Positions 17,655-27,529 of a stretch of 64,000 nucleotides of DNA are shown here, piece after piece; the first letter of the stretch is position 1, and every line of letters starts with the position of its first letter. Origin of the DNA: a virus (taxonomy: Duplodnaviria > Heunggongvirae > Uroviricota > Caudoviricetes); IMG/VR virus record IMGVR_UViG_3300021255_003438, positions 13,508 through 77,507 of that record. One strand, 5' to 3'. The notes beneath the pieces were generated by a model, which was given only the letters and a program-made list of their open reading frames with translations, did not search any database and had not been told where the DNA came from. The position numbers and the translations under genes were made by a program.

Positions 17655-20174
17655 TTAATCGTTACCCCTACGCAAATAAGGAGGGTTCGCACCAACAGCA
17701 ACTAAGTAGTCATTTAACATGGCGGTAGTTACTGGAGTAACGTTTGACTTAGCAAACTTTTCACTGACTTTGATTTGCTCATACAAATCGTTACACAGTT
17801 TCTTAGCCCATCCATGCTTATTGGAAATGTTTTTAGCAATTTCCTTAAGCTCCTCATCACCGTACATGACAGAGTACCTAATAAAATGGGTAGTTGCATC
17901 GTTTCTCTGATTGAAATCAAGCCTGTTAATCATTGCAAGCAAGAATTCTTTAATCGCATCACCAACCAAGCTAGAAGAAAATATGTTCGTGATAACCCTT
18001 CCGTAATGTCTAGAATACTCTACAGTTGTTTTTTCGTTGGAAACCTCTTTCTCTAACAACATTTTCATAAGTATGTAGTTTCCCACATAAACAGTAAAGT
18101 TTCTGTCTGCTATTGAACGATTATAGAATGCTTCAATGTCTTCTTCCGAAGGTTTCTTAAAGTTGTTGTTCTCAAACACCCTTCTGCCATAGTTTTTCAT
18201 AGTGTTGAACACCATTTTGAACAATTCACTGACATAGCCCTCATCCAAGAATTGTGAAAGTATGTAGCCGTTGTCATAGAATATGTCCAAGTAATCAAAT
18301 GAAAGATAATCGTTAACAGACACCCTAATCAAATGATACAAATGCTCATTGTCTATGTAGTTGTTCAATACAATTTCCATGACCTTTTTGTCTTTCTCTA
18401 GACAATCTTTAATCATAGGCGTATTGAAATTTAAAAACGCATTCTTGAACTTCCTAACATTATCATCCGTTCTTCTGATAATGTCATAAGGCACGCCAAA
18501 TTCAATAAGCTTTGCATCGAAATTGTTTAAAATAGGCGTAGAGGTCTCATTATACATTGCATTGCAATAATCTTCATCAGACCCACCATCGTATATAATA
18601 GCAAACTGGAGCTTGTTTGGGTCGTACTGACTCATTGAAAAGTCAATGAAAATGATGTGCTGTTCACCCCAATCGTCAGAAGAAACATTATCCATGTAGG
18701 CATCACCAAAGAAATACTTGATGTTCTCATCAGTGACAGATAAGACAAGTTTGTCACCATCTGACTTAATAATGTCCACATTTTCAGAATTGACGCATTC
18801 ATATAGATAATCCATGAGTGCTTCCCTATCCCACTTGTAAAGCGGCTTGTCGTAATGGGCAACCAAAGTAATATCTATATTGCAGTCTTGCATTATCTTA
18901 TAGATGTTCTTATTATTGTCAAATCTTGAAACATAAGACGTGAGGTACTGCATGGCATTGTTGTCACTAGCCATAAGGTTGTTGTTAACAAAGTCATGGG
19001 CTGACGTAATACCTTTATTATATGTGGTAGTGAATCCAACAATAGATAATTTTTCATCCTCAAGCTTTGAGAAGTCAAATATCATATACTGGGTTGCCTT
19101 GCCATGATGGTTTTCAATGTAGTTGTTCCAATATGACTTGTTCTTGGAAATACACCAGTTGGTTGTCTTACCCAACTGCTTAATCGTCTCATAATCAGCC
19201 ACTTTCACAAGAACGACATTATCACTCTCGTATATTGTTTCATACTTAATACCCTCAACGTTCCTAATGAAGTCCATAAATGAATCTTTGTTCCATTCAA
19301 AATGAACGCTAGTTATGTGGCGCATTTGCCTCATAAGCTCTTGGAAGTCTTCAATGGTCGAAACTTTTTTGATGAAGTTAATGCGCTTTGTATCAGACAG
19401 CTTTGAGAACCTAGCAAGGGTCTTATTGTCAGTTTCAGACAATTCATTAGTCTTTAACAGCTTTTTCTGTGCGGTGTTGAAAGAGTTAATGGCATCGTTG
19501 ATGCGCTTTCCGTTCCTAAGTTCAGAAAGCTCATCCAACAGTTTGGCAATGGCATCAGGAGTTGTGTATGCCGTAATACTACCTTTGCTAAGATTTTTGG
19601 ACAACTGTTTGTAATATTCGTTCCAAGTCAGTATGTTCTGGATTGTCCTCATTGAAATACCATACTGATAATGGAGATTAACTGCCCACTGGAAAAAGTT
19701 CTTAGAACCATCTGTGTAGATGTAAAGCCTTTTGATTCTTACGTCTCTAGTATTGAAGCCAATCTTATCACTGAGCGTTTTAATCATCTTGGCATTTTCT
19801 TTCAAAAATGCTTCGTAATCCTTGTCAAACGTTTTAGGCAATAAATATATTTCATTGAAAAATGCATTATATTCCGTAAAATTGTCATGGTCATGCCTAG
19901 GCTTGACTTCAAGTATTCTTGAATGCTCAATATCCTTTAGCTCCTTTTTCAATTCTTTGTTATAACTCACAATTGAGCTAAACCCATAATTGTTCTGGTT
20001 ATAATAACTGTTGAAGATAAACATACGTTCACCCATAAGGGGATTATCCTTTTCAGTTTTTACAACCTCGCAAATATCATAGCCATGCTCGTTGCAACGG
20101 GCTAGTATTTTCTGGAGAGAGGTATCAGCTACCCTCCAAAGATGTCTGATACCTCTAATGCTTGTTCCTATCAT
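17655..20174 (-). CDS. Very large hypothetical protein (paralogous domain shared with 15291..17333). Start adjusted.
   Basis: The ORF track extends to 20561, but that 5' extension overlaps the upstream gene in another frame. The Met at 20174 (MIGTSIRG...) abuts the stop of the upstream gene. Confidence 0.5.
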   Translation of the reverse strand: MIGTSIRGIRHLWRVADTSLQKILARCNEHGYDICEVVKTEKDNPLMGERMFIFNSYYNQNNYGFSSIVSYNKELKKELKDIEHSRILEVKPRHDHDNFTEYNAFFNEIYLLPKTFDKDYEAFLKENAKMIKTLSDKIGFNTRDVRIKRLYIYTDGSKNFFQWAVNLHYQYGISMRTIQNILTWNEYYKQLSKNLSKGSITAYTTPDAIAKLLDELSELRNGKRINDAINSFNTAQKKLLKTNELSETDNKTLARFSKLSDTKRINFIKKVSTIEDFQELMRQMRHITSVHFEWNKDSFMDFIRNVEGIKYETIYESDNVVLVKVADYETIKQLGKTTNWCISKNKSYWNNYIENHHGKATQYMIFDFSKLEDEKLSIVGFTTTYNKGITSAHDFVNNNLMASDNNAMQYLTSYVSRFDNNKNIYKIMQDCNIDITLVAHYDKPLYKWDREALMDYLYECVNSENVDIIKSDGDKLVLSVTDENIKYFFGDAYMDNVSSDDWGEQHIIFIDFSMSQYDPNKLQFAIIYDGGSDEDYCNAMYNETSTPILNNFDAKLIEFGVPYDIIRRTDDNVRKFKNAFLNFNTPMIKDCLEKDKKVMEIVLNNYIDNEHLYHLIRVSVNDYLSFDYLDIFYDNGYILSQFLDEGYVSELFKMVFNTMKNYGRRVFENNNFKKPSEEDIEAFYNRSIADRNFTVYVGNYILMKMLLEKEVSNEKTTVEYSRHYGRVITNIFSSSLVGDAIKEFLLAMINRLDFNQRNDATTHFIRYSVMYGDEELKEIAKNISNKHGWAKKLCNDLYEQIKVSEKFAKSNVTPVTTAMLNDYLVAVGANPPYLRRGND

Positions 20175-20184
20175 ATCGTAACTG

Positions 20185-21711
20185 TTAGAATTTAATTTCG
20201 TTATTGAATTTTTCGCTGATAGCAGCTTCAAATACATCGAACAAAACATGATTCTGCACGCACAAGTCCTTAACGGCCTCAAGCACCTCTTCCTTAATCG
20301 AGTTGATGTGACCCTCGTAGCGGTTGACGATATACTTAACCGTTTCAAACTTGATTTCGTCCTCTTTCTTGGTGGTGTACGTTGTGGTAGTATTGGTGTT
20401 CGTGTGCGTTGAACCGCTACCATAACCAAAGTAGTTCTTACGAGTGTTGTCACCAAGGTTTTCAAGCTTTGTAATGTCATCAACGTCAACACGCTTGTAT
20501 GTACCATCGTCATTACGCACGTATGTGCCATTGTTACGGTCAGTCCAAGTGCTGCCGCCATGCTTCAAGTAATGCCTTGTGCAACCAATTGATTCGATAA
20601 GGTCAACGCCCATACCACATGCTTGGTCCATGTCTTCAATGATGCAGTACTCATTTTCAGAGTGAGCATAATAACCACCGTTACCAAAGTTCATACAGAT
20701 AACTTCGACTTTCTCACGAATGTTCTTAACGTCCGTGTAAGGCTCTGAGAAGAAACAGCCTTTGGTAAGACCCCAACGGTCACAAACCTCTTTCATATGT
20801 TTCTCGTAGAACTCATAGCTAAACAACTTTGTTCCACTACAAGCCCATGCAGCACGATAAAGGTCTGGAGAGTCATAACCAATCACATAACCTACATCTT
20901 TAAACCAATCCTTGTCAAGGTTATCACTTCCATGACAACCTGTTTCCTCATCCAAAAAGAAGCAAGCCTTAAGTTTGTCAAGGTGATTAAACAACGAAAG
21001 ACAGATACATACACCGCCCTTGTCATCAGCACCAATACCAATTGAAGAGCCACCGTTTGCATCAACGCTAATCTTATGCAAGCCATCCTTGGTGCGCTCG
21101 GTCTTGAGGTCAAGAGGAACACCTGCATAGATGTATGGGTCATGCTTGGTCTGAACAGTATCAAGGTGTGACGTTACGCAAGGATAGTATTCGCCTTCTG
21201 CAAGTTCACCCTTTGTCAGATACACATTGCCAAAGTCATCAAACTCATATTTGATGCCGTTCTTTCTAGCCCACAAGATGATAAATACGACCATTCTGTA
21301 CTCTAACTTACTGTGAGTAGGAACAGACATACAATCATACACGAAATCCTTGTCAAGATACAAGAGCTTCATGTCATCGTCACGAGGGTTCAAAGGAATT
21401 GTAACAGCCTCAGTAGGCTCGGTAGATGTAGGAGGTATTTCAACAGCATCGTCTTCTGTATAATCCTCTACAGTGGTTTGCGCGTTAGTTTCTGCGCTAT
21501 TTTCCACGTTGTTCTCTTTGATTGACTCATTGGTGCTGTCGTTGGCAACATTAGCGTTAGCAACATTAGCGTTTTCTGCGCTAGTATTCTCTACGTTTTC
21601 GTTAGAGTCAGTCTTTGGTTTTTCAACCTCTGCTGATGGTGTCTGAACCACCTCAGTAGGTGTGTTGGCAACAACATTGCCATTCTCATTTAAAATGTTT
21701 GAGTCAGTCAT
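20185..21711 (-). CDS. M20-family metallopeptidase-like protein with an acidic N-terminal extension
   Basis: 'CVTSHLDTV' and 'IGADDKGGV' resemble the M20/ArgE/DapE metal-binding motifs. The start is moved to the Met at 21711 because a promoter at 21739-21770 overlaps the annotated start. Confidence 0.45.
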   Translation of the reverse strand: MTDSNILNENGNVVANTPTEVVQTPSAEVEKPKTDSNENVENTSAENANVANANVANDSTNESIKENNVENSAETNAQTTVEDYTEDDAVEIPPTSTEPTEAVTIPLNPRDDDMKLLYLDKDFVYDCMSVPTHSKLEYRMVVFIILWARKNGIKYEFDDFGNVYLTKGELAEGEYYPCVTSHLDTVQTKHDPYIYAGVPLDLKTERTKDGLHKISVDANGGSSIGIGADDKGGVCICLSLFNHLDKLKACFFLDEETGCHGSDNLDKDWFKDVGYVIGYDSPDLYRAAWACSGTKLFSYEFYEKHMKEVCDRWGLTKGCFFSEPYTDVKNIREKVEVICMNFGNGGYYAHSENEYCIIEDMDQACGMGVDLIESIGCTRHYLKHGGSTWTDRNNGTYVRNDDGTYKRVDVDDITKLENLGDNTRKNYFGYGSGSTHTNTNTTTTYTTKKEDEIKFETVKYIVNRYEGHINSIKEEVLEAVKDLCVQNHVLFDVFEAAISEKFNNEIKF

Positions 21712-21738
21712 TTCGATTATTGATTTAATTAGTTTTTG

Positions 21739-21770
21739 CAAAGATATGAAATTTTAATCAGTTAAACAAA
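21739..21770 (-). promoter_or_regulatory. Bacteroidetes-type promoter
   Basis: caaagata at 21739-21746 and caaa at 21767-21770, spacer 20 nt. Confidence 0.5.
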
Positions 21771-21802
21771 TAATTGGTATAAATTTTAACATTAATTAAC
21801 TA

Positions 21803-22048
21803 TTACTCCACTATTGCACATGCTACCAACGGTGAAACATTGCTTTTAGGGGCAATCTGTATTCTTATTTCGTTTCTTTTACCTATAGTAATATCTTTCT
21901 CATTACAACCTTGCGTTGTGACATTCACACCAATTTTATAACCCAAAGACTTAATTAAACTTGTCCTTAGTTCAATGTTCTTAACATGGTCAACAAAATA
22001 GTTGATGTCACGAATATCAATTGAAAAATCTTTTTTATTCTTACCCAT
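21803..22048 (-). CDS. Hypothetical protein
   Basis: 81 aa ORF. Confidence 0.35.
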   Translation of the reverse strand: MGKNKKDFSIDIRDINYFVDHVKNIELRTSLIKSLGYKIGVNVTTQGCNEKDITIGKRNEIRIQIAPKSNVSPLVACAIVE

Positions 22049-22403
22049 TATTTAATATTGAGTTTAGCAAGATTTTCTTGTCTTGAGGCGATAGCTTAAA
22101 CCATTTGCTTGCGAAATGAGACAACCCAAACTTCTGTTTTATTCGTGTTTTGTCAATATTCGCTAAAGCGTCATAAGTCCTAATCAATTCTCCTTTGATT
22201 AATATGTTCCTCTGTTGTTTCGTGAGGTTAGAAAAATTGTTAGACCAATCGGTACTAGGTAAGTTGTGCTTAACGAAAATATGCTTGTATTTTAGACTAG
22301 AACGCACTTTTTCACTTGGCGTTTTCCTATTCCATCTTTCGCTAGCCTTGTTTGTGATGCTGCGAGTTGATAAAATGTTTTCAATATTTTCATTCTCTGC
22401 CAT
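22041..22403 (-). CDS. Hypothetical basic protein
   Basis: 120 aa. Its start is in frame immediately after the folA TAA stop. Confidence 0.4.
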   Translation of the reverse strand: MAENENIENILSTRSITNKASERWNRKTPSEKVRSSLKYKHIFVKHNLPSTDWSNNFSNLTKQQRNILIKGELIRTYDALANIDKTRIKQKFGLSHFASKWFKLSPQDKKILLNSILNNG

Positions 22404-22928
22404 TTAAATCTTCTTTTTAAGAACTTCAAAATAGAATGACTTGTCCACACCCTCCCATGAACTCACTTGAGCCATTGACTTGTAATATGAATACCAATCA
22501 TCCTCTGTGTACTCAGGAAAAAACACATCCCCATCGCTCTCGTCTTTAACGATGGTCAGCCTCATTTCGTCAACAAGGTTCTGTTCCATAAACTGACGAT
22601 AAATGCTCTCTCCACCTATGACAAACAATTCTTTATCATAGAAGAAAGCATCGCACAGTTCTACCACGTCATTTACAGAATGAGCAATGTAAACATTCTC
22701 ATACTCTGGACTTACACCAAACTCTTCATCTGACGTAAGAATGACATTAATCCTATCCTTTAACGGTTCTCCGTTGGGCAAACTTTCATAGGTCTTACGA
22801 CCCATGATAACAACATTACCAACTGTCATACGCTTGAAGTTAGCAAGGTCATTACCAATGTGGAAAAGAAGCTTACCATCCTTCCCCAATGCCCTTTTTT
22901 GGTTAATACATGCGATAATTTTAAACAT
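22404..22928 (-). CDS. folA: Dihydrofolate reductase
   Basis: 174 aa. Has 'IIACINQKRALGKDGKLLFHI...DLANFKRMTVGNVVIMGRKTYESLP' and 'LFVIGGESIY', the classic DHFR motifs. Confidence 0.85.
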   Translation of the reverse strand: MFKIIACINQKRALGKDGKLLFHIGNDLANFKRMTVGNVVIMGRKTYESLPNGEPLKDRINVILTSDEEFGVSPEYENVYIAHSVNDVVELCDAFFYDKELFVIGGESIYRQFMEQNLVDEMRLTIVKDESDGDVFFPEYTEDDWYSYYKSMAQVSSWEGVDKSFYFEVLKKKI

Positions 22929-22957
22929 ACTGTTGAAATTTAGTTTTTACTTTTGTG

Positions 22958-22989
22958 CAAAGGTATATAAAAAAATTGAGAAATCAAAA
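22958..22989 (-). promoter_or_regulatory. Bacteroidetes-type promoter upstream of folA
   Basis: caaaggta at 22958-22965 and caaa at 22986-22989, spacer 20 nt. Confidence 0.5.
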
Positions 22990-23019
22990 AATGATTCCTC
23001 AATTCTATATTAAAAAATG

Positions 23020-23370
23020 TTAAAGCGGAACTAATGCTTCCATTAAACTTTTCATAAAGCATGTATTAACCACTTTTTCTAGTAGATAGTCCTTTATAGT
23101 TTCCATTGTAGGATATTTGGCGCAAAGGCAGTCTGGTTTGTCACCAATCCACGCCACTTCGGTAAAGTAAAAGTGCACGCCCTCTTCCCCATATTTGAAC
23201 AACTTTTCATCATCACCGTCTTTGTTATAGTATACGGCAACTTTTCCACGATTATAACAATACTTCTTAAGAAGCTTATCTATGTCTTCGTTTAATAAGT
23301 TAATTTTAATTTCCATATCACTTACATTTTTTTTAATTATGCCAATAGCAATAAATACATTTATGCTCAC
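23020..23370 (-). CDS. Hypothetical protein
   Basis: 116 aa ORF. Confidence 0.4.
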   Translation of the reverse strand: MSINVFIAIGIIKKNVSDMEIKINLLNEDIDKLLKKYCYNRGKVAVYYNKDGDDEKLFKYGEEGVHFYFTEVAWIGDKPDCLCAKYPTMETIKDYLLEKVVNTCFMKSLMEALVPL

Positions 23371-24097
23371 ATTGTTTGGGCTTCACTTTTAATAAAGAAG
23401 TTTTATTGGCTGGACAGCCACAGCTCTTCCTTTGTTCAGCACTTCCGACCAATTCTATTTCATCATTTAAACCCAATATATCAATATCTTTTTGCGATAA
23501 ACATGGAATACTTTCAATTCCTGGTTCACCACATGCTTCAACTGATTCAAATCCGCACTCAAAAGCACACTGCTTAATCTTTTCTAAAGCATCTAGCCTT
23601 TCTGCAAGTGGCGCATGGAAACTACCGTCATATAAAATAGGTATATTTTCCTCTTTAAAACGCTCTTGGACGTGTTTATAGTTGTCCAAGAAGGAAATCC
23701 TCACCCTACGTATTCCAAAGTCTCTAAAAGCCCTTAAAACGCGCATAGCAGTCTCTACACCCTTATGTGTGGGAACAATTGGGTCAACCCTTAACACAAC
23801 GTGGGAAATAGGAAATCCACCTTCAATCAGTTTAACAAACTTATTATGCGTCTCTTCAACTGACGGAACAAACGGTTCAATGCGAGTGCTACCCATTCCT
23901 GTGCATGTTAGATGCAATATTACCTTGTCTTGATGCTCTATGAGTTTTTCAATTAACTTATCAGTTAACCTTTTGGTAATAATTATGTTACCTTTATAAA
24001 GTCTGTCAAAGGCATCTAGGTTATAAGAAATTTCGCCACTTTCAGTAGTACCTATCCTATTTTCTGTGTCTAAAACTAATTTTTTTGTCGAAGCCAT
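23333..24097 (-). CDS. Hypothetical protein with C-terminal CxxxCxxC Fe-S-like motif
   Basis: 254 aa. The C-terminus reads '...KPKQCEHKCIYCYWHN'. Start codon verified at 24095-24097. Confidence 0.4.
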   Translation of the reverse strand: MASTKKLVLDTENRIGTTESGEISYNLDAFDRLYKGNIIITKRLTDKLIEKLIEHQDKVILHLTCTGMGSTRIEPFVPSVEETHNKFVKLIEGGFPISHVVLRVDPIVPTHKGVETAMRVLRAFRDFGIRRVRISFLDNYKHVQERFKEENIPILYDGSFHAPLAERLDALEKIKQCAFECGFESVEACGEPGIESIPCLSQKDIDILGLNDEIELVGSAEQRKSCGCPANKTSLLKVKPKQCEHKCIYCYWHN

Positions 24098-24701
24098 GTG
24101 ATTCTATGTGTTCATCGTTTGTTCTACCATCTACAATTTCTTTATCTCTTAGCGAAGAAATATATTCGTATAAATTATTCCACATTTCTTTTGCATCAAT
24201 GAATTTAGGAATATATGTGTTTTTCAATATAGGGTTTTCAATAATATTTATTGGGTTTTTACTAATAGAAACCTCACCTCTATATCTAGTGTATATAACA
24301 TCAGTGCAAATAGATAGAGGGCAATTGCTTAATTTGTGCTTTTTATCAATTTTCTTTTTTTCTATTAATTGCGGCTCTAATATCAAATTATCATTATCAT
24401 CAAGATACCTCTCAACTTTAAAAAAATAATGATAATATCCACTTTCCACTAGAAAATAAAAAAATCTACCTTCCATGACTGGTACTTTAATTCCGTATCC
24501 TTTAACTAGTCTACGTTTTATATCATATGTTTTATCTTTTTCTTTTTTGAAAATGTTATCAAGACCGTGACCAATATAATAATTATTCAAATCAATTGGG
24601 TATGATTTCCTTCTGTCATAAACCACCAATTCATCAATTCCAAAATAATTTTGGAGATAATCATAATAGTCTTTCTCCCCACGTTTGCATAGGATTTTCA
24701 T
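24057..24701 (-). CDS. Hypothetical protein, dispersed paralog of 42392..43009
   Basis: 214 aa. C-terminus 'HGFDKKISFRHRK' versus 'HGFDLKTSFRKRKES' in the paralog. Confidence 0.45.
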   Translation of the reverse strand: MKILCKRGEKDYYDYLQNYFGIDELVVYDRRKSYPIDLNNYYIGHGLDNIFKKEKDKTYDIKRRLVKGYGIKVPVMEGRFFYFLVESGYYHYFFKVERYLDDNDNLILEPQLIEKKKIDKKHKLSNCPLSICTDVIYTRYRGEVSISKNPINIIENPILKNTYIPKFIDAKEMWNNLYEYISSLRDKEIVDGRTNDEHIESHGFDKKISFRHRK

Positions 24702-24802
24702 AATAACAATTATATTTTTAAATGTTAAACGCTAGATGATAGATGTTTTAAGCACCCACCGTCTAGCGTTATTTAAAATTTTTAATAATCTCTTGTTAGG
24801 GA

Positions 24803-24994
24803 TTACTCAGCAACAACCACTGTATCAGCGGCAGTCTCAACAAGTGAGTCAGCTACAACAACAGTCGTATCTGCACCTGCTACTGCTAGACTATCAGTTC
24901 CGTTTGCTGTAGTGTCGCACTTACTTGTACCATTTCCACAAGATGCGAATGTCATAGCCATCATTGCTACGAATAAAAATGCAATCTTTTTCAT
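24803..24994 (-). CDS. Small secreted lipoprotein
   Basis: 63 aa. Signal peptide 'MKKIAFLFVAMMAMTFASCG' with a lipobox Cys. Ala/Thr/Asp-rich mature part. Confidence 0.5.
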   Translation of the reverse strand: MKKIAFLFVAMMAMTFASCGNGTSKCDTTANGTDSLAVAGADTTVVVADSLVETAADTVVVAE

Positions 24995-25056
24995 TTTTTC
25001 TTTAATTTTGTTTGTTTTATAATTGTTATTTTATAATTGTTATTTTTTTTCGAGTG

Positions 25057-25088
25057 CAAAGATATAATAAATATTTCTAATTTCCAAA
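25057..25088 (-). promoter_or_regulatory. Bacteroidetes-type promoter
   Basis: caaagata at 25057-25064 and ccaaa at 25084-25088, spacer 19 nt. Confidence 0.55.
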
Positions 25089-25092
25089 TTTT

Positions 25093-25566
25093 TCAGCAAT
25101 TTTTTTTCACATTTGAAAGAAAACTACGATAATAATGTTGTTTGTTTGAATATTCTTCTTTAGAAATCTTCCCACTATGAGGATGTTCTGAAAACTCTAA
25201 CACGTCCATCAAATGACATTTAGCATCGTAATAATTATATATCTCATTATACAATTTGGCATGGGTAACTTGGTATTTTCCCCATCGTAGGGCAAGGAAA
25301 TAGAAAAAATCATATCCTTGTGCGGATGCTGACCAAATAACTGCCTTATTGATGGTGTCCATATGCTGGCCTTCTTCAAATTTCTCTAGAATTTTATATT
25401 TTTCACAAGTTGCAACGTCATGCACTTCAAGAAAATTGACTAACGCATCAAATAACTTGAGCAGTTGTTTTTTCTTTTCTCCTTTATAGTGCGCAGACAT
25501 ACGTTTGCGAATTATCTGTATTCGGCTTTCTTCCGTTTCTTTGCATTTTGTAAATTTAAGTTTCAT
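25093..25566 (-). CDS. Hypothetical protein
   Basis: 157 aa ORF. Confidence 0.4.
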   Translation of the reverse strand: MKLKFTKCKETEESRIQIIRKRMSAHYKGEKKKQLLKLFDALVNFLEVHDVATCEKYKILEKFEEGQHMDTINKAVIWSASAQGYDFFYFLALRWGKYQVTHAKLYNEIYNYYDAKCHLMDVLEFSEHPHSGKISKEEYSNKQHYYRSFLSNVKKNC

Positions 25567-25574
25567 TGGCTAAA

Positions 25575-26165
25575 TTAATATAAGTTGGAAAAATAAAGGT
25601 AAATTTCATTAATGCGAGTCTTATGATTAAACGCCCATTCATAATTGTCAATGTCATTCACTTTCACCCATTTAATTTCCCCAACTTCTTTACCCTCGTT
25701 GTTTTTCTTGGAAAACTCAAAATCAGTCGTAACCTTGTCTGTAATCCAAGCGCCAAACCTAAACGTAACGTTCTGTCTGTTGGTGGTAACTGGGTCATCC
25801 TCATAGTTGATGAACGTAAGTTGGGATGGGTCAAGTTTAACACCTGTTTCCTCAAAGCACTCACGAACCGCGCATTCCTTTGTGGTCTCGTCAAAGTCAA
25901 GATAACCACAAGGACAATTCCACATGCCTCTGAAATCAGCAGCCTCTTCACCACGTTCAGATGCTAGCACACACCAATCGCCATCAGCATCCTTACAGAA
26001 TACGAAAATGGCTGTTGCCATAGAACGGCTAAACCAACCAATAAATGCTTGGCTTAACACTACTCCAATATCTCCTTCTGAAATGCCCAAACTACTTAAA
26101 TTGGTTGCAAGCAATTTTATTGCTTTTTCCATGTCCAAACAAGGACGATTTGTCATCTTCTCCAT
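25575..26165 (-). CDS. Nudix hydrolase
   Basis: 'GMWNCPCGYLDFDETTKECAVRECFEETGV' fits the Nudix box Gx5Ex7REUxEExGU. Confidence 0.75.
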   Translation of the reverse strand: MEKMTNRPCLDMEKAIKLLATNLSSLGISEGDIGVVLSQAFIGWFSRSMATAIFVFCKDADGDWCVLASERGEEAADFRGMWNCPCGYLDFDETTKECAVRECFEETGVKLDPSQLTFINYEDDPVTTNRQNVTFRFGAWITDKVTTDFEFSKKNNEGKEVGEIKWVKVNDIDNYEWAFNHKTRINEIYLYFSNLY

Positions 26166-26231
26166 ATGTTTTTAAAACGTTTTTCGTAACTTTTTTGTTC
26201 CAAATTTATTCATTACACACTTTATTTGTTG

Positions 26232-26262
26232 CAAATATATGAAAAATAAATGAAATGTCAAA
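26232..26262 (-). promoter_or_regulatory. Bacteroidetes-type promoter upstream of the Nudix gene
   Basis: caaatata at 26232-26239 and caaa at 26259-26262, spacer 19 nt. Confidence 0.5.
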
Positions 26263-26324
26263 ATCTGAAATATTAAAAAACCATAAAAGAGGTTAGGAAT
26301 CCTTTTTCCCAACCCCTTTTGAAA

Positions 26325-26708
26325 TTATTGGTTTATCTTAGATAAATCAAACCCTCTATTCTGTAGAGTTACATTAAGCAAAGTTAAGTATTTACGGTAC
26401 TGCTCCTTATTAAGGACATAACCCATATACCTAGCATTTTTCTTAACTGCGCTAGCTATGACCTTCATACGAGATTCCTCAGTCTCCATAGATGCTGCAA
26501 ATCTCATGTCGTTTACAAACTCGTTAAAAATGCTTTCAAACATTTCCATCTGGTCTAATGTCATTTCTAGCACGCATGCTAGTCTACGATGGTTAAACTT
26601 GAACTCATATCTTTCGATATTGTCAACCTTTGCTGCATTGCTGTCATCAGCAAATGAATAAACGCTCATACTAAGCATCATAAACATAATTAAAATAAAC
26701 TTCTTCAT
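26325..26708 (-). CDS. Secreted protein (signal peptide)
   Basis: 127 aa. N-terminus 'MKKFILIMFMMLSMSVYSFA'. Confidence 0.45.
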   Translation of the reverse strand: MKKFILIMFMMLSMSVYSFADDSNAAKVDNIERYEFKFNHRRLACVLEMTLDQMEMFESIFNEFVNDMRFAASMETEESRMKVIASAVKKNARYMGYVLNKEQYRKYLTLLNVTLQNRGFDLSKINQ

Positions 26709-27063
26709 AATAAATTTCCCTTTTTTTTTTACACTTACTTATTTTTCACTTACTTTGTTTTTAATTTGGAACTGAATATCGGCTTGATGCCGATACCAAT
26801 TCCATTGCACTTACTTTCATAACCCCCAAGCTGTTGCTTATGGATTCATTCTAGGGTGCGAGGAGGATAATGATGCATACTTCATAATTATTTCCCTTTC
26901 ATTTTTTTAATTTGACACTTACTAACTTACTCACTTCATATAATATATATTATACATTTTTCTTTTGTAAACCATTTTCATGGCCAATTTCACTTAAACC
27001 TATCCATTCTTGATGTACATCAAAGTGTGCTGTGCACGTACACACCGTTTAAATTTAACAATG

Positions 27064-27095
27064 CAAAGATATAAAAAATATATTAGAAAGGCAAA
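27064..27095 (-). promoter_or_regulatory. Bacteroidetes-type promoter with a ~350-nt leader
   Basis: caaagata at 27064-27071 and caaa at 27092-27095. The leader 26709-27060 has a 10-codon uORF and a GGTATCGGC/GCCGATA hairpin. Confidence 0.4.
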
Positions 27096-27298
27096 ATTTT
27101 TCATCAAAAAAGGTATCAAATACACTTATTATTGATATAAATCATTATATAAAAAATGAGCACCCATCGCTGGATGCTCTTGAAAAATCTTATCGCAACA
27201 AGAAAGATTTTAAAAAACAAGGAACAATAATGGTCGGATTCTAACCGACACAAGATTGATTTGCAATCAATTGAGTTAACTTGCTGTATGTTCCTTTG

Positions 27299-27370
27299 TA
27301 GCGAGAGAGAGAATCGAACTCTCACCTAATGAATATGAGTCACTTGTTCTAGCCGTTAGACTATCTCGCT
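27299..27370 (-). tRNA. tRNA-Met/Ile2-type (anticodon CAT)
   Basis: Acceptor AGCGAGA/TCTCGCT. T-arm GAGAG-TTCGATT-CTCTC. Anticodon stem AGTGA/TCATT with loop CTCATAT. Confidence 0.65.
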
Positions 27371-27529
27371 ATGAATTTATTAAATTCTTCTTCTACAAAT
27401 TTGGGGTCATATTTACCCATATCTTTGATTATATATGGAGTGTAACCGCAATTTATAATTTCTTTAATCTTTATTTTATCTCTATTGATATTTTTCCTAA
27501 ACGATTGACCACTCTGCCACCTCGTCATA

